From the NCBI GenBank assembly GCA_964016885.1, contig OZ024741.1:103788001-103852000 (forward strand): a stretch of DNA of 64,000 bases, given 5' to 3'. The notes under the pieces were generated by a model. It did no database searches, was not told the origin of the DNA, and saw nothing but the letters and a program-made list of their open reading frames with translations. This stretch comes from Eledone cirrhosa. Its lineage: Eukaryota. The first letter of the stretch is position 1; each line of letters opens with the position of its first letter. The position numbers and the translations under genes were made by a program. Below are positions 1-15,496 of this stretch, one piece after another.

Positions 1-304
1 ACACCTTGCCCAATCTTGCACCTTAGAGAGGAACTTTTCAAATGCGAGCCAATTGCTAGCCATGATCGAATGGAACCTTTAATATCATTGCTATTAAAGA
101 CACAGTTATGTTCAATTTTAAACTTTTTTTATTAGATTTTATTTTCATATTTTATTATGAAACTATGTATATCGAGAAAAGTTGTTTATAGATTTAGAAT
201 GTTGTTCTTCTAAACAAACTACAATAGACTCATATGGAATTGTGAAACAAAAACTGTCAAAAAAGTTAAAATTTGAACGTAGTCCTATCGTTAATTGTAT
301 GTGA

Positions 305-396
<92 letters not shown>

Positions 397-534
397 CTAT
401 TTATATGTATAAGTTTGTGTACGTATGTGAGTATGTGGGGAGTGCGTGCGTGTATATGTGTGTATGTGAACGTGCAGAAGTAAATACGGACAGAGAAATA
501 AGAGGGAGTGACAAAGTACGAGATAAATAGATAG

Positions 535-565
<31 letters not shown>

Positions 566-832
566 GATAGATAGTGTTTGTGAGAGAGTGGGGGGAGAGA
601 AAGAAATAGGGAAAGAACAAGAGAGTCTGCTACTAAGTGGCTAACTTTTATTTCTCTTCCACTTTGATAAACTGATGTTGGCCAATAAAAGATTATTTAT
701 GAAACTCTAAAAATGTTTGCTCAAGACGGAACAACAACAATAATAACAAAAATAATATCAACAACAACAAAAACAACGACGTACATGAAATCACTTCTCA
801 TAAAGTTAAGGAGCCATGAGTGTATATATATA

Positions 833-873
<41 letters not shown>

Positions 874-945
874 GTGACGGAGCGTATGGGTATGTAGAGT
901 GTTTATGTACATAAAGGTGTGTTGTGTGCATCTATGTATGTGTGC

Positions 946-1011
<66 letters not shown>

Positions 1012-1178
1012 CAGATGAAACTCTTTAAACAGAAAAAATACTTTTGGTATAAATTGCGGTTTGTATATTATGCTTATGTGTCTATATAAATGTTCGTATG
1101 CACAGAGAGAGGGAGAGGGAGAGAGAGAGAGGGAGAGAGAGAGAGAGAGGGGGGGCGGAGAATCACAGACAGACTGTC

Positions 1179-1209
<31 letters not shown>

Positions 1210-1224
1210 AAGATAGATAGATAC

Positions 1225-1290
<66 letters not shown>

Positions 1291-1578
1291 TTCTTTATTA
1301 GCCACAAGGGCGCAACAAGAAAAGTGGACAATACAAAGACATGCCGGGGGTTTTACATACAGTCGTGTAAAAAATATAAAAACAAACAATAGATAGATAG
1401 ATAGATAGATAGATAGAAAATAGGTATGTGTAAGTGTATGTACTCAAATGAATGTGTATATCGGAAGCGCGGATAATCACACACATTGATAACGATACAT
1501 ATGTATGCGTGTGTGTGTGTATGTGTGTATGTATTTATGTATGTATATATATATATATATTGAATGCAGATTTGAAAA

Positions 1579-1614
<36 letters not shown>

Positions 1615-1626
1615 GGTACGGTCTGA

Positions 1627-1666
<40 letters not shown>

Positions 1667-1967
1667 TCCCTGCATAAATATTGAGTGGGTATGTCTGTAT
1701 GATTGTGTGAAAACGCGCGCGCATTTGCGTGCATTAGGGAGTGAGAGAAAGGAAGGGGAAGAAAGAGGGAAAGAGCGTGGGAGAGTGAGGGAGAAAGAAA
1801 GGAAGATAGTGTGAGGGGGAGGAGTAGAGATCATAAGCAATAGAAAAATAAATAACCAGACATAACAATATTTATTTAATAAACAATCCACATATTGGAG
1901 GTTTGAAAATTCTCGTCAAATAGGCACCACCATTATTACATACTCACGCGCATACTCACACACACAC

Positions 1968-2036
<69 letters not shown>

Positions 2037-2071
2037 CGGACATTAAATGATGATGATGATGATGATGATAC

Positions 2072-2243
<172 letters not shown>

Positions 2244-2776
2244 ATATATATATAGATACCATCATCATTTAATGTCCGTTTTCTCTGCTAGCGAGATTTG
2301 GACGGTTCCCCACAAACTGTGTCAATACTCAAGTGAACTTACTGGACTCTCAAATAGACCGAAGGGTTTGCATCTAACTTACACACGTTCTCGTGCTCTG
2401 TTGACTGCATTTTACCGTAGCACCAACACTGCGGAGGTTTTTGTATCTTTTACACAGCTTAAGGGTGTGCTCTGCCCTTTACTTGGCAGGTTATCTACGA
2501 CTGGATGACTAGCATATTAACAATCACTTCACAGAATTATCGTGTCGACCATCAATATTAAGGTTGTCAAATTTTTTTGACACAACTGAAGAGTACTACC
2601 GACCCTTTATTTGTCAAAATCTCTATGCCCTTGCTATCGCCAGTAACTTTACAAAGAGTACTGGCTGCATTTTCAGGTCCTTACTCTTTATAATATAACC
2701 ATACTCTACTACCCCAAGTATTGAGTACTCTGTTGAGTAATGGTCTAAATAATTTCAAACTGAAATCCATCCTGAA

Positions 2777-2809
<33 letters not shown>

Positions 2810-2877
2810 TGGGGTACGGTCTGAGTGTGTGTATATAAAATATTATATATATACACATACACACACATCATATGTGA

Positions 2878-2960
<83 letters not shown>

Positions 2961-2979
2961 CACATATATATATACATAT

Positions 2980-3086
<107 letters not shown>

Positions 3087-3214
3087 TATGTGTGGTGTGT
3101 GTGCAGTGTGTGTATATGTGTGTATGTAGGTATGTATGTGTATGTGCGTGTGTATAATGTCATTCTGGTCAGATATACGAAGTGTTTTTTTATATTTTCC
3201 TTCCTCGTAATGAA

Positions 3215-3560
3215 TTGATGCAGCATGGTCGAATGGTTAAGGACTTCGATTCGCAATCATAAGGTTCCGGGTCAATGCCAACTGCCAGGCAACTTGGACA
3301 GGTATCATTTGCAATAAATTCATGTCGACTCATATATATGAGTTGAATTAGATAGACGAAAAATGTTTGGAAGTCCATCAGGTGGACTGTACTTGTGATA
3401 TAACAGGTCAGCCTTGCCATACACTCTGACATGCTGAATCTCCCTGAGAATTATGTGAATGCTACATATGATCAACCACTTACTCATTAATTACATGTGT
3501 ATGCTGTTCTGTTGATCGAATAAATTGCAACTCTCATCGCTGAAACCGACGGAGGTGCAT
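3215..3560 (+). mobile_element. Decayed tRNA-headed SINE (second family)
   Basis: A/B-box-like head (catggtcgaatggttaagg...ggttccgggtcaatgcc); body 'gctgaatctccctgagaatta' recurs in reverse at about 5250-5530 and related sequence at about 7900-8010. Confidence 0.55.
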
Positions 3561-4100
3561 TGTACCCTAAACGAAGTGTCGAGAAAATATGTTACTATTT
3601 ATTTTTTCCCTCTTAAACCTTTTATTTTAAATTGTTTATATCTAACTAAAAACCTTCTATCATAATTTTAAGCAAAACCCGGCACCAGCTTAATACTGAG
3701 AAAGTTTGCGATTTTACTAAATCCCTCCAAATTCTTGATAATTTTCGAAATTATTTGAAAATTATAGAAAATACTGTCCTTCATTAGAGATATAGCTCCG
3801 AAATAGTTAAGTTTCGCTGTTGGGGTGTTGGACTCATGATCGAAAAAACGTGTGCTAAATTCTTCAACAAGACATTTCACATTGTCCTAGTCCCCTCAGC
3901 TAGAATGAAATGAGTTCCGTCAGCAACTGGAAGATAATACAACTACAGTAGAAGACACTTCCCGTAGGTATCACGCAGTGGGACAGAACTCGAAACCACG
4001 TTGTTGCTAAGCGAACTCCATAATCACATAAACATGCTTGTATGCATATATATTTGTATAAATACATGCATCCACACTCGCACGCACACATACACACACA

Positions 4101-4154
<54 letters not shown>

Positions 4155-4394
4155 CATGCAGGATATCTATAGATGGAAGGTCAAGGAAAACAATGCTCAA
4201 TCTATTGCAAGAGAGCTTATATAGAATAAAGTTTCATACACTTAATATGTATGCGCAACCTCTGGTTTCGGGGTCCAGTTATGTCTACAGCTGTATAGTG
4301 AGGGAGCGACTTCAAAACTGGCCTTAAATCAGGAGTTTAGACAAAAATGCGAAAAAGGAAACGTAGATATGTTTCTATATCTATACGCGCTAAA

Positions 4395-4697
4395 TAAACA
4401 GAGAGATATCAAGAAATTGGACTGAGGAGTTGGAGACAGGGATGGTGAAGGTGAGGACAGGATGAACAGACTGTACAAAAGAAAGAAAGGAGTCGAACTG
4501 TTCACGGAGGGAGAGGTGGCGACGATACAAGCGTCGATGCAACGACCGTATAGCTCAGGAGTCAGACCAGTGTACAGGTTTAAAATAAAGGCCTCAGTGT
4601 AGCCAACAAACAAATTGGCGTAGTTAGGGCCTATTCTTGTACCCATGGCTACCCCAGAGACTTGTTGGTAAAACTCTCCGGAAAAGGAAAACCATTG
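4395..4697 (-). mobile_element. Penelope-like element reverse transcriptase fragment
   Basis: FSFSGEFYQQVSGVAMGTRIGPNYANLFVGY...YGRCID (decayed YxDD), then frameshifted 'VQFLDI'; the GxAMG..P.YANLF signature is typical of PLE RT. Confidence 0.85.
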
Positions 4698-4798
<101 letters not shown>

Positions 4799-5998
4799 GA
4801 GAGAGAGAGAGAGACATATTCATTTACATATACACATACATATATACATATATATGTGCATGTACATATACATATGCATATACATATACATACAAATGTG
4901 ATGAAATTATTATCATATACTTATAAAACTTTTCAGTCACAGATATCAGTGCATCGTTGAATTACTACATAATTTCCACATACTGATAAACACTAACATC
5001 TATCACTAAGCCGAACAGCTGGCGCCACCTCGCAACAACCAAGCTAAACGACATAAAATAACCGACGCCATTTTTACAGCAAATTTAATCCACGTTCGAA
5101 CACCTGTGTTTCTATTAAAATCATTAGATCGAAGATCAAATTCTCTTCTCACGGCAAACTTGACAGAACCCCAATCTTCGTGTATTTTAATTAATTAGTA
5201 CGTTTAGTTATTGAAGGGGAATTTGTAAAAAAAAGATAACAGAATGAAATGGACCTCCGTCGTATCCGACGAATGTGTGTTCCAGTTGTTCCATGAACGG
5301 AACAGCCTGCTCGTGAAATGAACGTGCAAATGGCTGAGCATTCGATAGATACGTATACTGATAGCATACTTCACAGGGATAATCAATGTTATCTGATGTG
5401 CGACCATGTTGGTCCCTTAAATTACAGATGCAGCTCATCTTGTAATATAGTGTAAATAGTGGAATATTCTACAGATATGTGTACCTTTAATGTAATTCTC
5501 AGGGAGATTCAGCATTATACTGAATCTCCCTTTGAATTACATGTGTAATATTTTACCTTGATAGGGATTCGAACTCAGAACGCAGAGATCTGGAACAACT
5601 ACTTTCAGGTACATAGTCCAAGGCTCCAAACAATATGACTAATCCATCGTCCCTGGACTTTTTTTTATCAATACCGAAAAAATGAAAGGCAAAGTTGAAC
5701 TCGGTGGTAGTGATGGCGGCGGCGGCAGTGGGGGTGATGGTAGTAGTAGTAGTAGTAGTAGTAGTAATTCAGCCCTAAGTCAACCCCTGATCGAGTGTTG
5801 TTATTTTGTGATGGTGCTTGCCGAAGTTGATGTTGTTATTGTTACTGTTGCTGATAATGATTATCATTGATATTATTGTTGTTGCCGTTGTTGACACAGA
5901 TGTAAGATGTAGGAGTTGTAGCTGTTGTTGTTCAGTACATACACACATACACACACACATATATGTGTGCGTGTATGTATATATATATATATATATAT

Positions 5999-6054
<56 letters not shown>

Positions 6055-6122
6055 TGACGCTGGGTGAAAAATAAAGAAATAAGGCAAGAAAAGTAATAGG
6101 TAGATAGGTAGATAGATAGACA

Positions 6123-6169
<47 letters not shown>

Positions 6170-6213
6170 CATATATATGCAGACACACACACACACAAAC
6201 ATATATATATATA

Positions 6214-6276
<63 letters not shown>

Positions 6277-6369
6277 GTGTGTGTGTGTGTGTACGTATGT
6301 GTGTATATATATATATGTGTGTATATATGCATAGATTTATATATAAAAAAATATATACATACATATATA

Positions 6370-6447
<78 letters not shown>

Positions 6448-7384
6448 GGGGGGGGGGGGGGGGACTAGCATATATTCCGTCGTCCGACTCTTCTTCTGTC
6501 GTCTGCTATTCAACAGTGACAAGCCTTCTGACAGTAATTGGGTGGATGTTATTAAAAAGTTCAAAGCGACCACCATCTCGGGTAGATTATCAAAGCAACC
6601 ACGAATGAAAATACCCAACCATCCAATAATACTTATTCAACTGGATCAGTTTATATTTATTCACTGATTTTTTTGTGTGTTTTGTTGTTTTTTATTCCTT
6701 TCTTTTAATGTTTTTATTGTTGTTGTTCGGGACGGGAAGACAAAGACAACACGAACACGTCTCGTCTTCTTCGCACGCACTGAGACCAGTCCAGTATCTA
6801 TCTATCTATCTATCTATTTATCTATCTATCTATATGTCTGTCTATCTATCTATCTGTCTGTCTGTCTATTTATATATCCAAACAATATATCTATCTAACT
6901 ATCTATCTACCTATCCATCTATCTAGCTAGCAATGTAACTATCTATCTTTTCGTATCTATCAACTGCCTGTATATCTATATATCCAAACTATGTATATAT
7001 CTAACTATCTATTATCTATCTGTCTGTCTGTCTATCTATATATCTATTTGTCTGTCTATCTAACTATATATCTATCTATTTATCTATCTAATTGTCTCTC
7101 TTTCTACCTATTGCTATTGCTATCATTTGTCTTTATTGGGTATGGAGAAATATTATCACAGACATGCTCATCGTCATTCTAGCTTGTCAATGGAGTGGAC
7201 TTCATCCATACAATATTGCTTGCTCTCCACCACCTGTCTTTTGGCGACGACAAACTGTTAGGACGGTTGTTGTTGGTAGAAGGGCGGGGGGTCGTCGTCT
7301 GGTAGCTATGGTGAAAGAACTAGGAATATCTCACTGGCAAATAGTTGTGCCGAATTAAATTTTGTGAGTTTGTAAGCTGTATAA

Positions 7385-7735
7385 AGCTTGGTGTGGTATG
7401 GTGTGCTATGGTGTAATAGAGTGTGGTGTTATGTTGTGTGGTGTGATGTGGTGTGGTTGGATTTAGTATAGTGTGGCTGGGTGTAGAGTGATGTGGTGTG
7501 GTGTGGAGTGGTGTAGTGTAATGTTATGTGTGATGTAGTGTAGTGTGGTATGTGATGTAGTGCAGTGGCGGATTAACACTTGATGAAATCCTTAGCTGTA
7601 TAAAGTTTGATGAAGTTGGAATAGTGTAGTGTGTGGTGTGGTGTAGTGCTGTGTAGTGTGGTGTAGTGTCATGTAGTGTCATGCTTGATGCTGTTTCGGA
7701 TTAACACATGGTGAAGTTCTAAGCTGTATAAAGCT
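7385..7735. repeat. (GTGTG/GTGTA)n pentamer array interleaved with a repeated unique block
   Basis: 'agctgtataaag' three times and 'cggattaacac..tgaa' twice between pentamer tracts. Confidence 0.7.
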
Positions 7736-8523
7736 GGGGGGAGGGGGGCTCTCGTTAAAAAAAATAACAGAAAGTGTCACAAAAAGATGTAAACATTATT
7801 TTGAGGTCTTTCTTTACTTCAGACCTTCAGCATCTGCTTATTTTGTTTAATGGTTAATGGGTGGCTATTGGCAAAATGTAACATTGTCAGTGAAGTCTAT
7901 CCACAGTATGGACTGGAATGGGCCAATTATTCGATCAATGGAACACCCTGACCGTGAAATAAACGTGTAAGTGGTTGAGTATTCCATATACATGTGTACC
8001 TTTAACAAAATTTACCCAAGATACCACGTAATGAGATCGAAGTCGTGACTTAATGATGGCGAAATGAATTTATTAACAATTCAACCATGGTGCGTCTATA
8101 ATGTGTATTCACTCAAACACCTATACGAAAAGTATTAGTCAGTATTTGTTACAGCTCTCTGCGTTCTGAGTTCAGATCCCGCCGAGAATAACTATGCCTT
8201 TCATCTTTTCGAAGTCTATAAAATACAATAGCAATCCATGGGCGTGGATTTGCAGAAATGTTAGAGCATTGGACGAGGTTTCCTGCAGTAGTAGTTCCGG
8301 ATGTCAGTGTTTTGAGTTCAATCTCATTCTGCGATGTAGTCTAGTTGAGAACAAGATTTTGGAGCTTGTCATATTGCAAGCATTCATACCAGGGCTGCAG
8401 TTGAAAAGTACCTTCTCCCAATTTTTCCATCAGACTGGGAAGTCCTGAAAAGGTTAGGAGCAAAGCACTTCCCCAACTCATTAAACAATGCAAAACAACA
8501 AATTATGAACGTATTTGTACATA

Positions 8524-8564
<41 letters not shown>

Positions 8565-8684
8565 TTATATATATGGGGGGGGGGGCATGAATACATTATA
8601 TATAGGCCTCTCTCTCTTTCTCTCTATCCCTTCCATATACTATACTGTACCGATTGTGTTGTTATTTCTGTTTACTTTTTACAT

Positions 8685-8715
<31 letters not shown>

Positions 8716-9067
8716 CACGTATATACATACATAGGTGCATACATACACACACAGCACACACATACACATACACACACACACACACATATATATATATATG
8801 AAAACAGGGAGAAAGAGACGATTATGAGGAAGAAAAATATATTTTTTTCATTTTTTTTTTCTCTCTCCCTCTTTTTTCTGGGTTAGAAAATGATTAAAAC
8901 GAAATGTTTTACTTTGTGTGAAGTGTTAAGGTATTAGTTGATTTATTTATTATTTAACAATGGCATTTATTTATCTATTTATATATTTAATTATTGTCTA
9001 TTACCGGTTTCTGCATTTATATGCATTATCAAATGATAATGATATGTATTAGTGTGGTGTCGCACAT

Positions 9068-11050
9068 GTTAAACAGAAGGTGCAGAAAGAATAATGTTAT
9101 ATACAAACAAGGTTTAAGAAGTGAAAAGAAAAAAGAAAAAGGGAAAAAAACGTGCATAATGTGGAACAATAACATTAACTTTTCTTCCACATTAACTTTT
9201 TACGTTCCACATTATGCACGGTTTTTTTCCTTTTTCTTTTTTCTTTTCACTTCTTAAACCTTGTTTGTATATAACATTATTCTTTCTGCACCTTCTGTTT
9301 AACCAGACACCACAGACTAGAAGAGATGAAACAAATACTTATCAAGAGAAAATATCCCCAGAATTCAACAATAGGGTACATAAAAGAAATAATAGTATGT
9401 CAGATTATAACATACATAGCCATAGTAGAAATTTATCTTCTGAAACATACACTTCATATAATAAAAATTCTAGAGTTAAGACCCATCAAAACCCTCTTAC
9501 AGTAATTTAAATACTGTGACCAACCCTAAATGTGTAGATTATAAGGATAAAATCCTAATGTTAGATATTAATAAGAATAACCGTACTATAGATGAGTTTA
9601 CTTCTAGACATTTTAATACTGAACATAATATTTCTGCAGATGATCGTAATAAATATCAAGTAAGCACTAGTTAATAAAAAATTATGGTGAAACAATGCGA
9701 AATATAATCCTCTTTCTGGGGCTTTGTCTAATCTATCAAAGTTATATATTTTGTTATATTATCTAAAATAACTTCTTGTCTGAAAATAGATTCTATAAAG
9801 TTATTAATAAAAATACAATTAAAGTTCATTTTCCGCAACACATAGATTAGCGGATAATGTAGCTTTTAGTAACGATAAGAAAATGAAAGGATATATGACA
9901 AATTCTAATAAATGTGCAAGCAATGTTGTATTAAATAATCCATTAGCTAAGTTAAATAAAGCAACAAACGTACTAAACAGGGAATCTAATAACAGAAATA
10001 TTAAAAATATTTCCACCCCGAGCCTATTTTCTCAGCATGACAACATGGTACATTGAATATCTGCAAAGAGTAAATCAGCAAATTTGGAGAGTAGTCGCAG
10101 AATCCCTGAGAATTGCCTCCTTAGTAAGAATTTAGTGTATAAATGTACAGCTCTCACAGCAAATAGGAAACATTCTTATACGGTTGCTATATCTAACTCG
10201 TTTAAGAAACGATGCTATTTGCATTTACATTATTTTAAAAATGAAAATAAGAAAATCGCAACATCACAATTTATTTTGGATTTTCGTGATTTCAACATAA
10301 AATATTGCCTACAATGGTCTACACTTAATACTGGCAGTTTTTACAAAAAAGATGGTTCTAAACATAATCTATGCTCTGTAGAAGCTCTGGAAATAACAAT
10401 GCATGATTTACTACTTTTGAAGAGATTATTTGCTGCCTTCACAAAATTCTTTCTTTTTTTAAATGGTTTATGACCCTGCATGGATAGTAAGTTTTTCTTC
10501 TTTGGAGGATTATCATTCTTTCTTTAAATTTTCTACAATCAAATCTCCATTTTTTTTTTTTATATTGGGGAAATTTTAAAGCTTTCTTAAACATTTTGAA
10601 AAATGTTTTCTAACCCTAACTCCTCTATCTTTAGTAAAACAATATTAAATAGTAAATTTCACTTTGGAAATATATATTTGCTTATACACAAGTAACAATT
10701 ATACACTTGTTTCTTTTCGATTTTTTTTCTCATTAAAGATATCTGAACATAATTAAATAAATAACTTTTTATTTATTGTATAAATTTTTTATATTATCTA
10801 ATGGACATCTTTTTTTATTTTTTGCATATTGGCATTAAAGGCTTAGTTATGCAAAACACAAAATAACTAGCTTATATATATATATATGCATATATTATGA
10901 GTATATACATTTATATTCCAGTAGTATCTTTATAAAATTGATCAGTAAATTAGAATGTTCACACACTTAATTTACTCAACAATTTTCTTTTCACTTCTTA
11001 ATTTCCCTTATTTTCTTTTGTATTTCGTTTTCTCTGTACCCTCATAATAC
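9068..11050 (+). mobile_element. Non-autonomous Penelope-like element with decayed GIY-YIG endonuclease and inverted pseudo-LTR
   Basis: 10084-10430 reads CLLSKNLVYKC..YTVAISNSFKKRCYLH..F..TS..LQWS..NLCSVEA (PLE GIY-YIG pattern); 100-bp inverted repeat 9068-9168/9203-9303; 'ttttcttttcacttcttaa' repeats directly near 10985. Confidence 0.7.
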
Positions 11051-11309
11051 GAAATAATATTTTGCTAATATACGTCAATTAAAGTGAACTTCTGGCTTCC
11101 CTGTAATCCATAAATCATCGTATATTATACTTTAAATCTACTTATAATATATAACCAGCAATTTCTCTGTCTGTCTGTCCGACAGTGGAAACACGTGCGC
11201 GCGTGCGAATGTTTTTTGCGCACGCGTAGAGAGAGAGTGAGAGTGAAAGAAAGAGACAGACTACAAGAGGGGGATAGCGGGAGGGAGAGAGGGAGGAATT
11301 GAGGAGTGC

Positions 11310-11467
11310 TACAGAAACATATATACATTTCTGTGTGTGTGTAATATATATATATATACACACACAGAAATATATATATATACACACAGAAATATATATA
11401 CATTTCTGTGTGTGTAATATATATATATATATACACACACAGAAATATATATACATTTCTGTGTGTG

Positions 11468-11544
<77 letters not shown>

Positions 11545-11570
11545 GAAATATATATACATTTCTGTGTGTG

Positions 11571-11617
<47 letters not shown>

Positions 11618-11635
11618 GAAATGTATATATATTTC

Positions 11636-11666
<31 letters not shown>

Positions 11667-11720
11667 TACACACACAGAAATGTATATATATATATACACA
11701 CAGAAATATATATACATCCC
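11310..11720. repeat. Minisatellite of palindromic units atttctgtgtgtgt-(at)n-acacacacagaaat
   Basis: Several units, each an inverted repeat; second array at 12320-12710. Confidence 0.85.
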
Positions 11721-11744
11721 TTAGCTACTGTACTGTATCTGTTG

Positions 11745-11817
<73 letters not shown>

Positions 11818-12010
11818 GCTATCCCTCTCTTTTAGTCTGTCTGTTTCTCTCACTCTCACTCTTTCTCTTTGTAACACACTAACATTCCTCCCCTCTATCG
11901 CTGTGACGAATGGGGAGATGGAAGAGGAGGAGGAGGAGAGAGTCACTTCGTCACTTTACCTCTGCCTTTCTTTCTCTCCCCTCTCACTCCCTCATTACGT
12001 ACAGACATTA

Positions 12011-12202
12011 GGTCGGTGGATTGGCAGAATCTGTAGAGAGTCGGACACCATGCTTCATAGCATGGAGTTACGTCCCTTTACGGTCTGAGTTCAAATACCG
12101 CCGAGGTTAACTTTGCCTTTCATCCTCACGGGGTCGATAAAATAAAGTACCAGTAATGTACTGGGTAATTGCTGGCCTTGTGCCAAAAGTAGAAACAATT
12201 AT
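12011..12202 (+). mobile_element. tRNA-derived SINE (family A; core resembles Meta/Sauria-type domain)
   Basis: ggtggattggcaga A box, gagttcaaatacc B box, core gccgaggttaactttgcctttcatcc..ggggtcgataaaataaagtacc. Confidence 0.85.
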
Positions 12203-12319
12203 TAGAAACATTGCTTCATTTTTACATATCTAAGCATTAGTAAAATAACTAATAATTTCAAAAGTAATTTTTCAATTCCAATTGTTATGAACAGCAAAAT
12301 ATTAATAATAATTTTGTTC

Positions 12320-12517
12320 TAAGAAATATATATACATTTCTGTGTGTGTAATATATATATACACACACAGAAATATATATGCATTTCTGTGTGTGTAATA
12401 TATATATATATACACACACAGAAATATATATATATACACACAGAAATATATATACATTTCTGTGTGTGTAATATATATATATATACACACAGAAATATAT
12501 ATACATTTCTGTGTGTG

Positions 12518-12602
<85 letters not shown>

Positions 12603-12628
12603 GAAATATATATACATTTCTGTGTGTG

Positions 12629-12693
<65 letters not shown>

Positions 12694-12710
12694 GAAATAT
12701 ATGGGCATTT
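12320..12710. repeat. Second array of the palindromic-unit minisatellite
   Basis: Same unit as 11310-11720. Confidence 0.85.
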
Positions 12711-13205
12711 CTCTGTTTGTCTGTCTGTCTGTCTGTCCTTCCCTAAAACTCAAATGTAGGTGCTACAGAAATATTACCTTCCCCTTCCTTTCTCCACTTT
12801 GGTACTACCAAGAGAAACACTGTCGCTATAGAAACATTACCTTCCCCTCTCCACTGACTTTGGTCACTGAGGCCGAGGGAATCGCTGGTTGCTATAGAGA
12901 CACCTTGCACAAGCCAGAAGTAACCAGTTCGAGGCGGTTCTGACTTGACACCATGCCAAGGACCATTTGAAGATATATTTCCATCGTTATATCATAACGT
13001 TTATGTATCATAACGTTTATATTTCCGTCACTAATCTCTTTTTCTCCTTTTTCGTTTTAACATATATTTATTTCAAAGATTTCACCGTATAGATAACATA
13101 TATATTTATACATGCATAAAAGACACACCGAGAGACGGTGAACATGTGTTGCCGAAAACATTTCTCATCCAAATCTCAACAATATCAGTATATGCACTAG
13201 ATTTG

Positions 13206-13730
13206 CTAGCAGAAAACCGCCCACCGGGTGGTTTTCTGCTAGTCTATATATATAAAACTGAGGTTGTCTGTCTGTCTGTCTGTCTGTCTACTAAAACGGT
13301 CGGCACACATCTCCTCTTAAACCGTACGTTCAAATTTCGGTGAAATTGCTACACTTACAGATGAAGGTCCGGCAGAAACATCGGTCAAAAGATTTTTCAA
13401 ATCGACCCACGCCAAGTGCAAAAATCGAATTTGTAATGTATTGATTTTTCAGTTCAAATGTATAAATAGAGATGAGAGACGAGTTATTTCCCTTTTATGG
13501 CGTCATTTGTTTATCTTTTTACGTTACGAATAAACGTGCAAAGGTACAAAAATACGCGAACAGTTTTCGGGTCAGCAAAATTTTAACCTGCAAAATTCAT
13601 GAGTTCGAAGTTTCAACATTAAGCTTCCATTTTGCTTCATTTCCATTAAAAAGTCTTTTAAAACAATATTTCAGCGCATCAGCCTCGCCATCACCCGAGG
13701 CAACGCTGCGAGTGTGCTGGCTTGCCTCAA
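13206..13730 (+). mobile_element. Non-autonomous Helitron-like element preceded by a CTAG-bounded hairpin
   Basis: Starts TCTATATATATAAAA..(TGTC)n at 13243, directly after hairpin ctagcagaaaacc..ggttttctgctag; decayed 3' motif cccgaggcaacgc near 13700. Confidence 0.5.
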
Positions 13731-14147
13731 AATTAGAGAGGTTGCCCAGTACTCGCGACGTTATTGTCTTTTGCTCTGGTGTTGGCTCCGTTGTTCACAC
13801 CTCCCTTTACATTTTCTTTAATATTGTAGTTTATGTATATATTTAAAATATATTTGTTATGTTATTCTACTGTAGATATATTTATATGCTGTTTATACCC
13901 TCAAAAATCTATGAAACTACATACATGTTACAACTCTCTCTATATATATATCACACAGACACACATATACATATACATCTCAAGAGAGACAAGAGAGAAA
14001 GGGAGATGTAGAGAGAGAGAGAGTGAGATAGGTCGTTATACAGAGAGAGGTACAATCTAATCAGATAGAGAGTCAGAGAGAGAGAGAGAGGATGGCGACG
14101 AACGCTGGTTCACACACACGCGCGCGCGCGCAAACACATATATATAT

Positions 14148-14203
<56 letters not shown>

Positions 14204-14265
14204 CTGTGCGTTCTTTATTATTCTCCATTATGTAGGAGGAAGAGAGAGAGAGGGGGGATATGAGT

Positions 14266-14296
<31 letters not shown>

Positions 14297-14689
14297 GGTA
14301 TGAGAAAAAAGGCAGAGGGGTTGAGAAAGAAAGAAAGTTTAAGCAAAGAATCGCTGCTTTCAACATTAACGGGATCTTCTTAAACTAAAAATTTCAATCT
14401 GTGAACGCAGAATTAAATATTTCGAGAAACGTTGCAACCGAAGGAAAACAGAAAGACGATATTTTGGTTCGTGAAGACGTACCCTGGTAATGAACGGAAA
14501 AAAAACGAGGATAATACGTCGTTGTGTGGATTGAGAAGAACAATTTCATACAAAGACAAGACCAAGTTTATGGTGTAAATGGAGTCGTTAGACTAATATT
14601 CTATTTAAAATAACCGAATAATTTCCAGCCCCGGAGTTTAAGAATGATGTAAATAAAATTGTAAACGAAAATGACAGAGGTTATTAAAA

Positions 14690-14810
14690 TAGTTGTTTCT
14701 ACTTTTGGCACAAGGCCAGCAATTACCTAGTACATTACTCGTACTTTATTTTATCGACCCTGTAAGGATGGAGGGCAAAGTTAACCTCGACGGGATTTTA
14801 ACTTTGCCTT
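14690..14810 (-). mobile_element. SINE family A, 3' fragment
   Basis: Reverse complement of core and tail of the 12011 copy. Confidence 0.75.
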
Positions 14811-15496
14811 AAAATAGTAAAAGTAAAGTGAAGATTTAGGCCAGTACATATGTATGCGCCGACGAACATACACATACATATACATACGCACACACAAATA
14901 AATACACACACACGTGCGCGTGTGTGTAAACCTTATGCATTTCTACAGTATTTTCACCAAACTTAAGACATAGGTTACTTATGTACTCCGGATGGTCATG
15001 GGCACTTTCATTTTTCCAGATATTGATTATAGGGCCTCCCGGCAGATAACCCCCTTTAACCACTTCCTTGGAGTCGACTGAAGCACTGCAGTGCAATGCA
15101 AAAAAACGTCATAACTTCTGGAGTTCGCAACCGATTTTCACAAAACTTGACACATGGGCTACGTTTGTTCTACATATATCCCTTTCGGTTTTAAATAATG
15201 GTTTTTAATTAATAATAAATTTTATAATCTTAATGTTTTTAAAAACTTCAATAACACAATCAAGATTCAGTTGTTTCATTTATAGATTAGATTACATGAT
15301 ACTAATTTTGTTAAATATTAGTTCGTTAAATATTTGTTCGTATTGTAGTTTTACCGTCTCTCATAGCCTTTAATATTACCCTTAATATTCCGTATATTGT
15401 TTACAAATATTCTGAACTTATAATCTCCATTGTAGTAATACTTTTATTTGTATATTCTATTATGTTTTATTATATTCATATCGGGGGGAGGGGGGG

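Noticed and set aside
5005-5080. CpG-containing segment with YY1-like CGCCATTTT; possible promoter
   Set aside because: Single short motif with no associated gene evidence
7131-7360. Unique GC-richer stretch with AATAAA on the minus strand; possible terminal exon
   Set aside because: No recognisable protein motif or convincing splice partner
12011-12100. tRNA-like A/B boxes
   Set aside because: SINE heads without a cloverleaf; not tRNA genes
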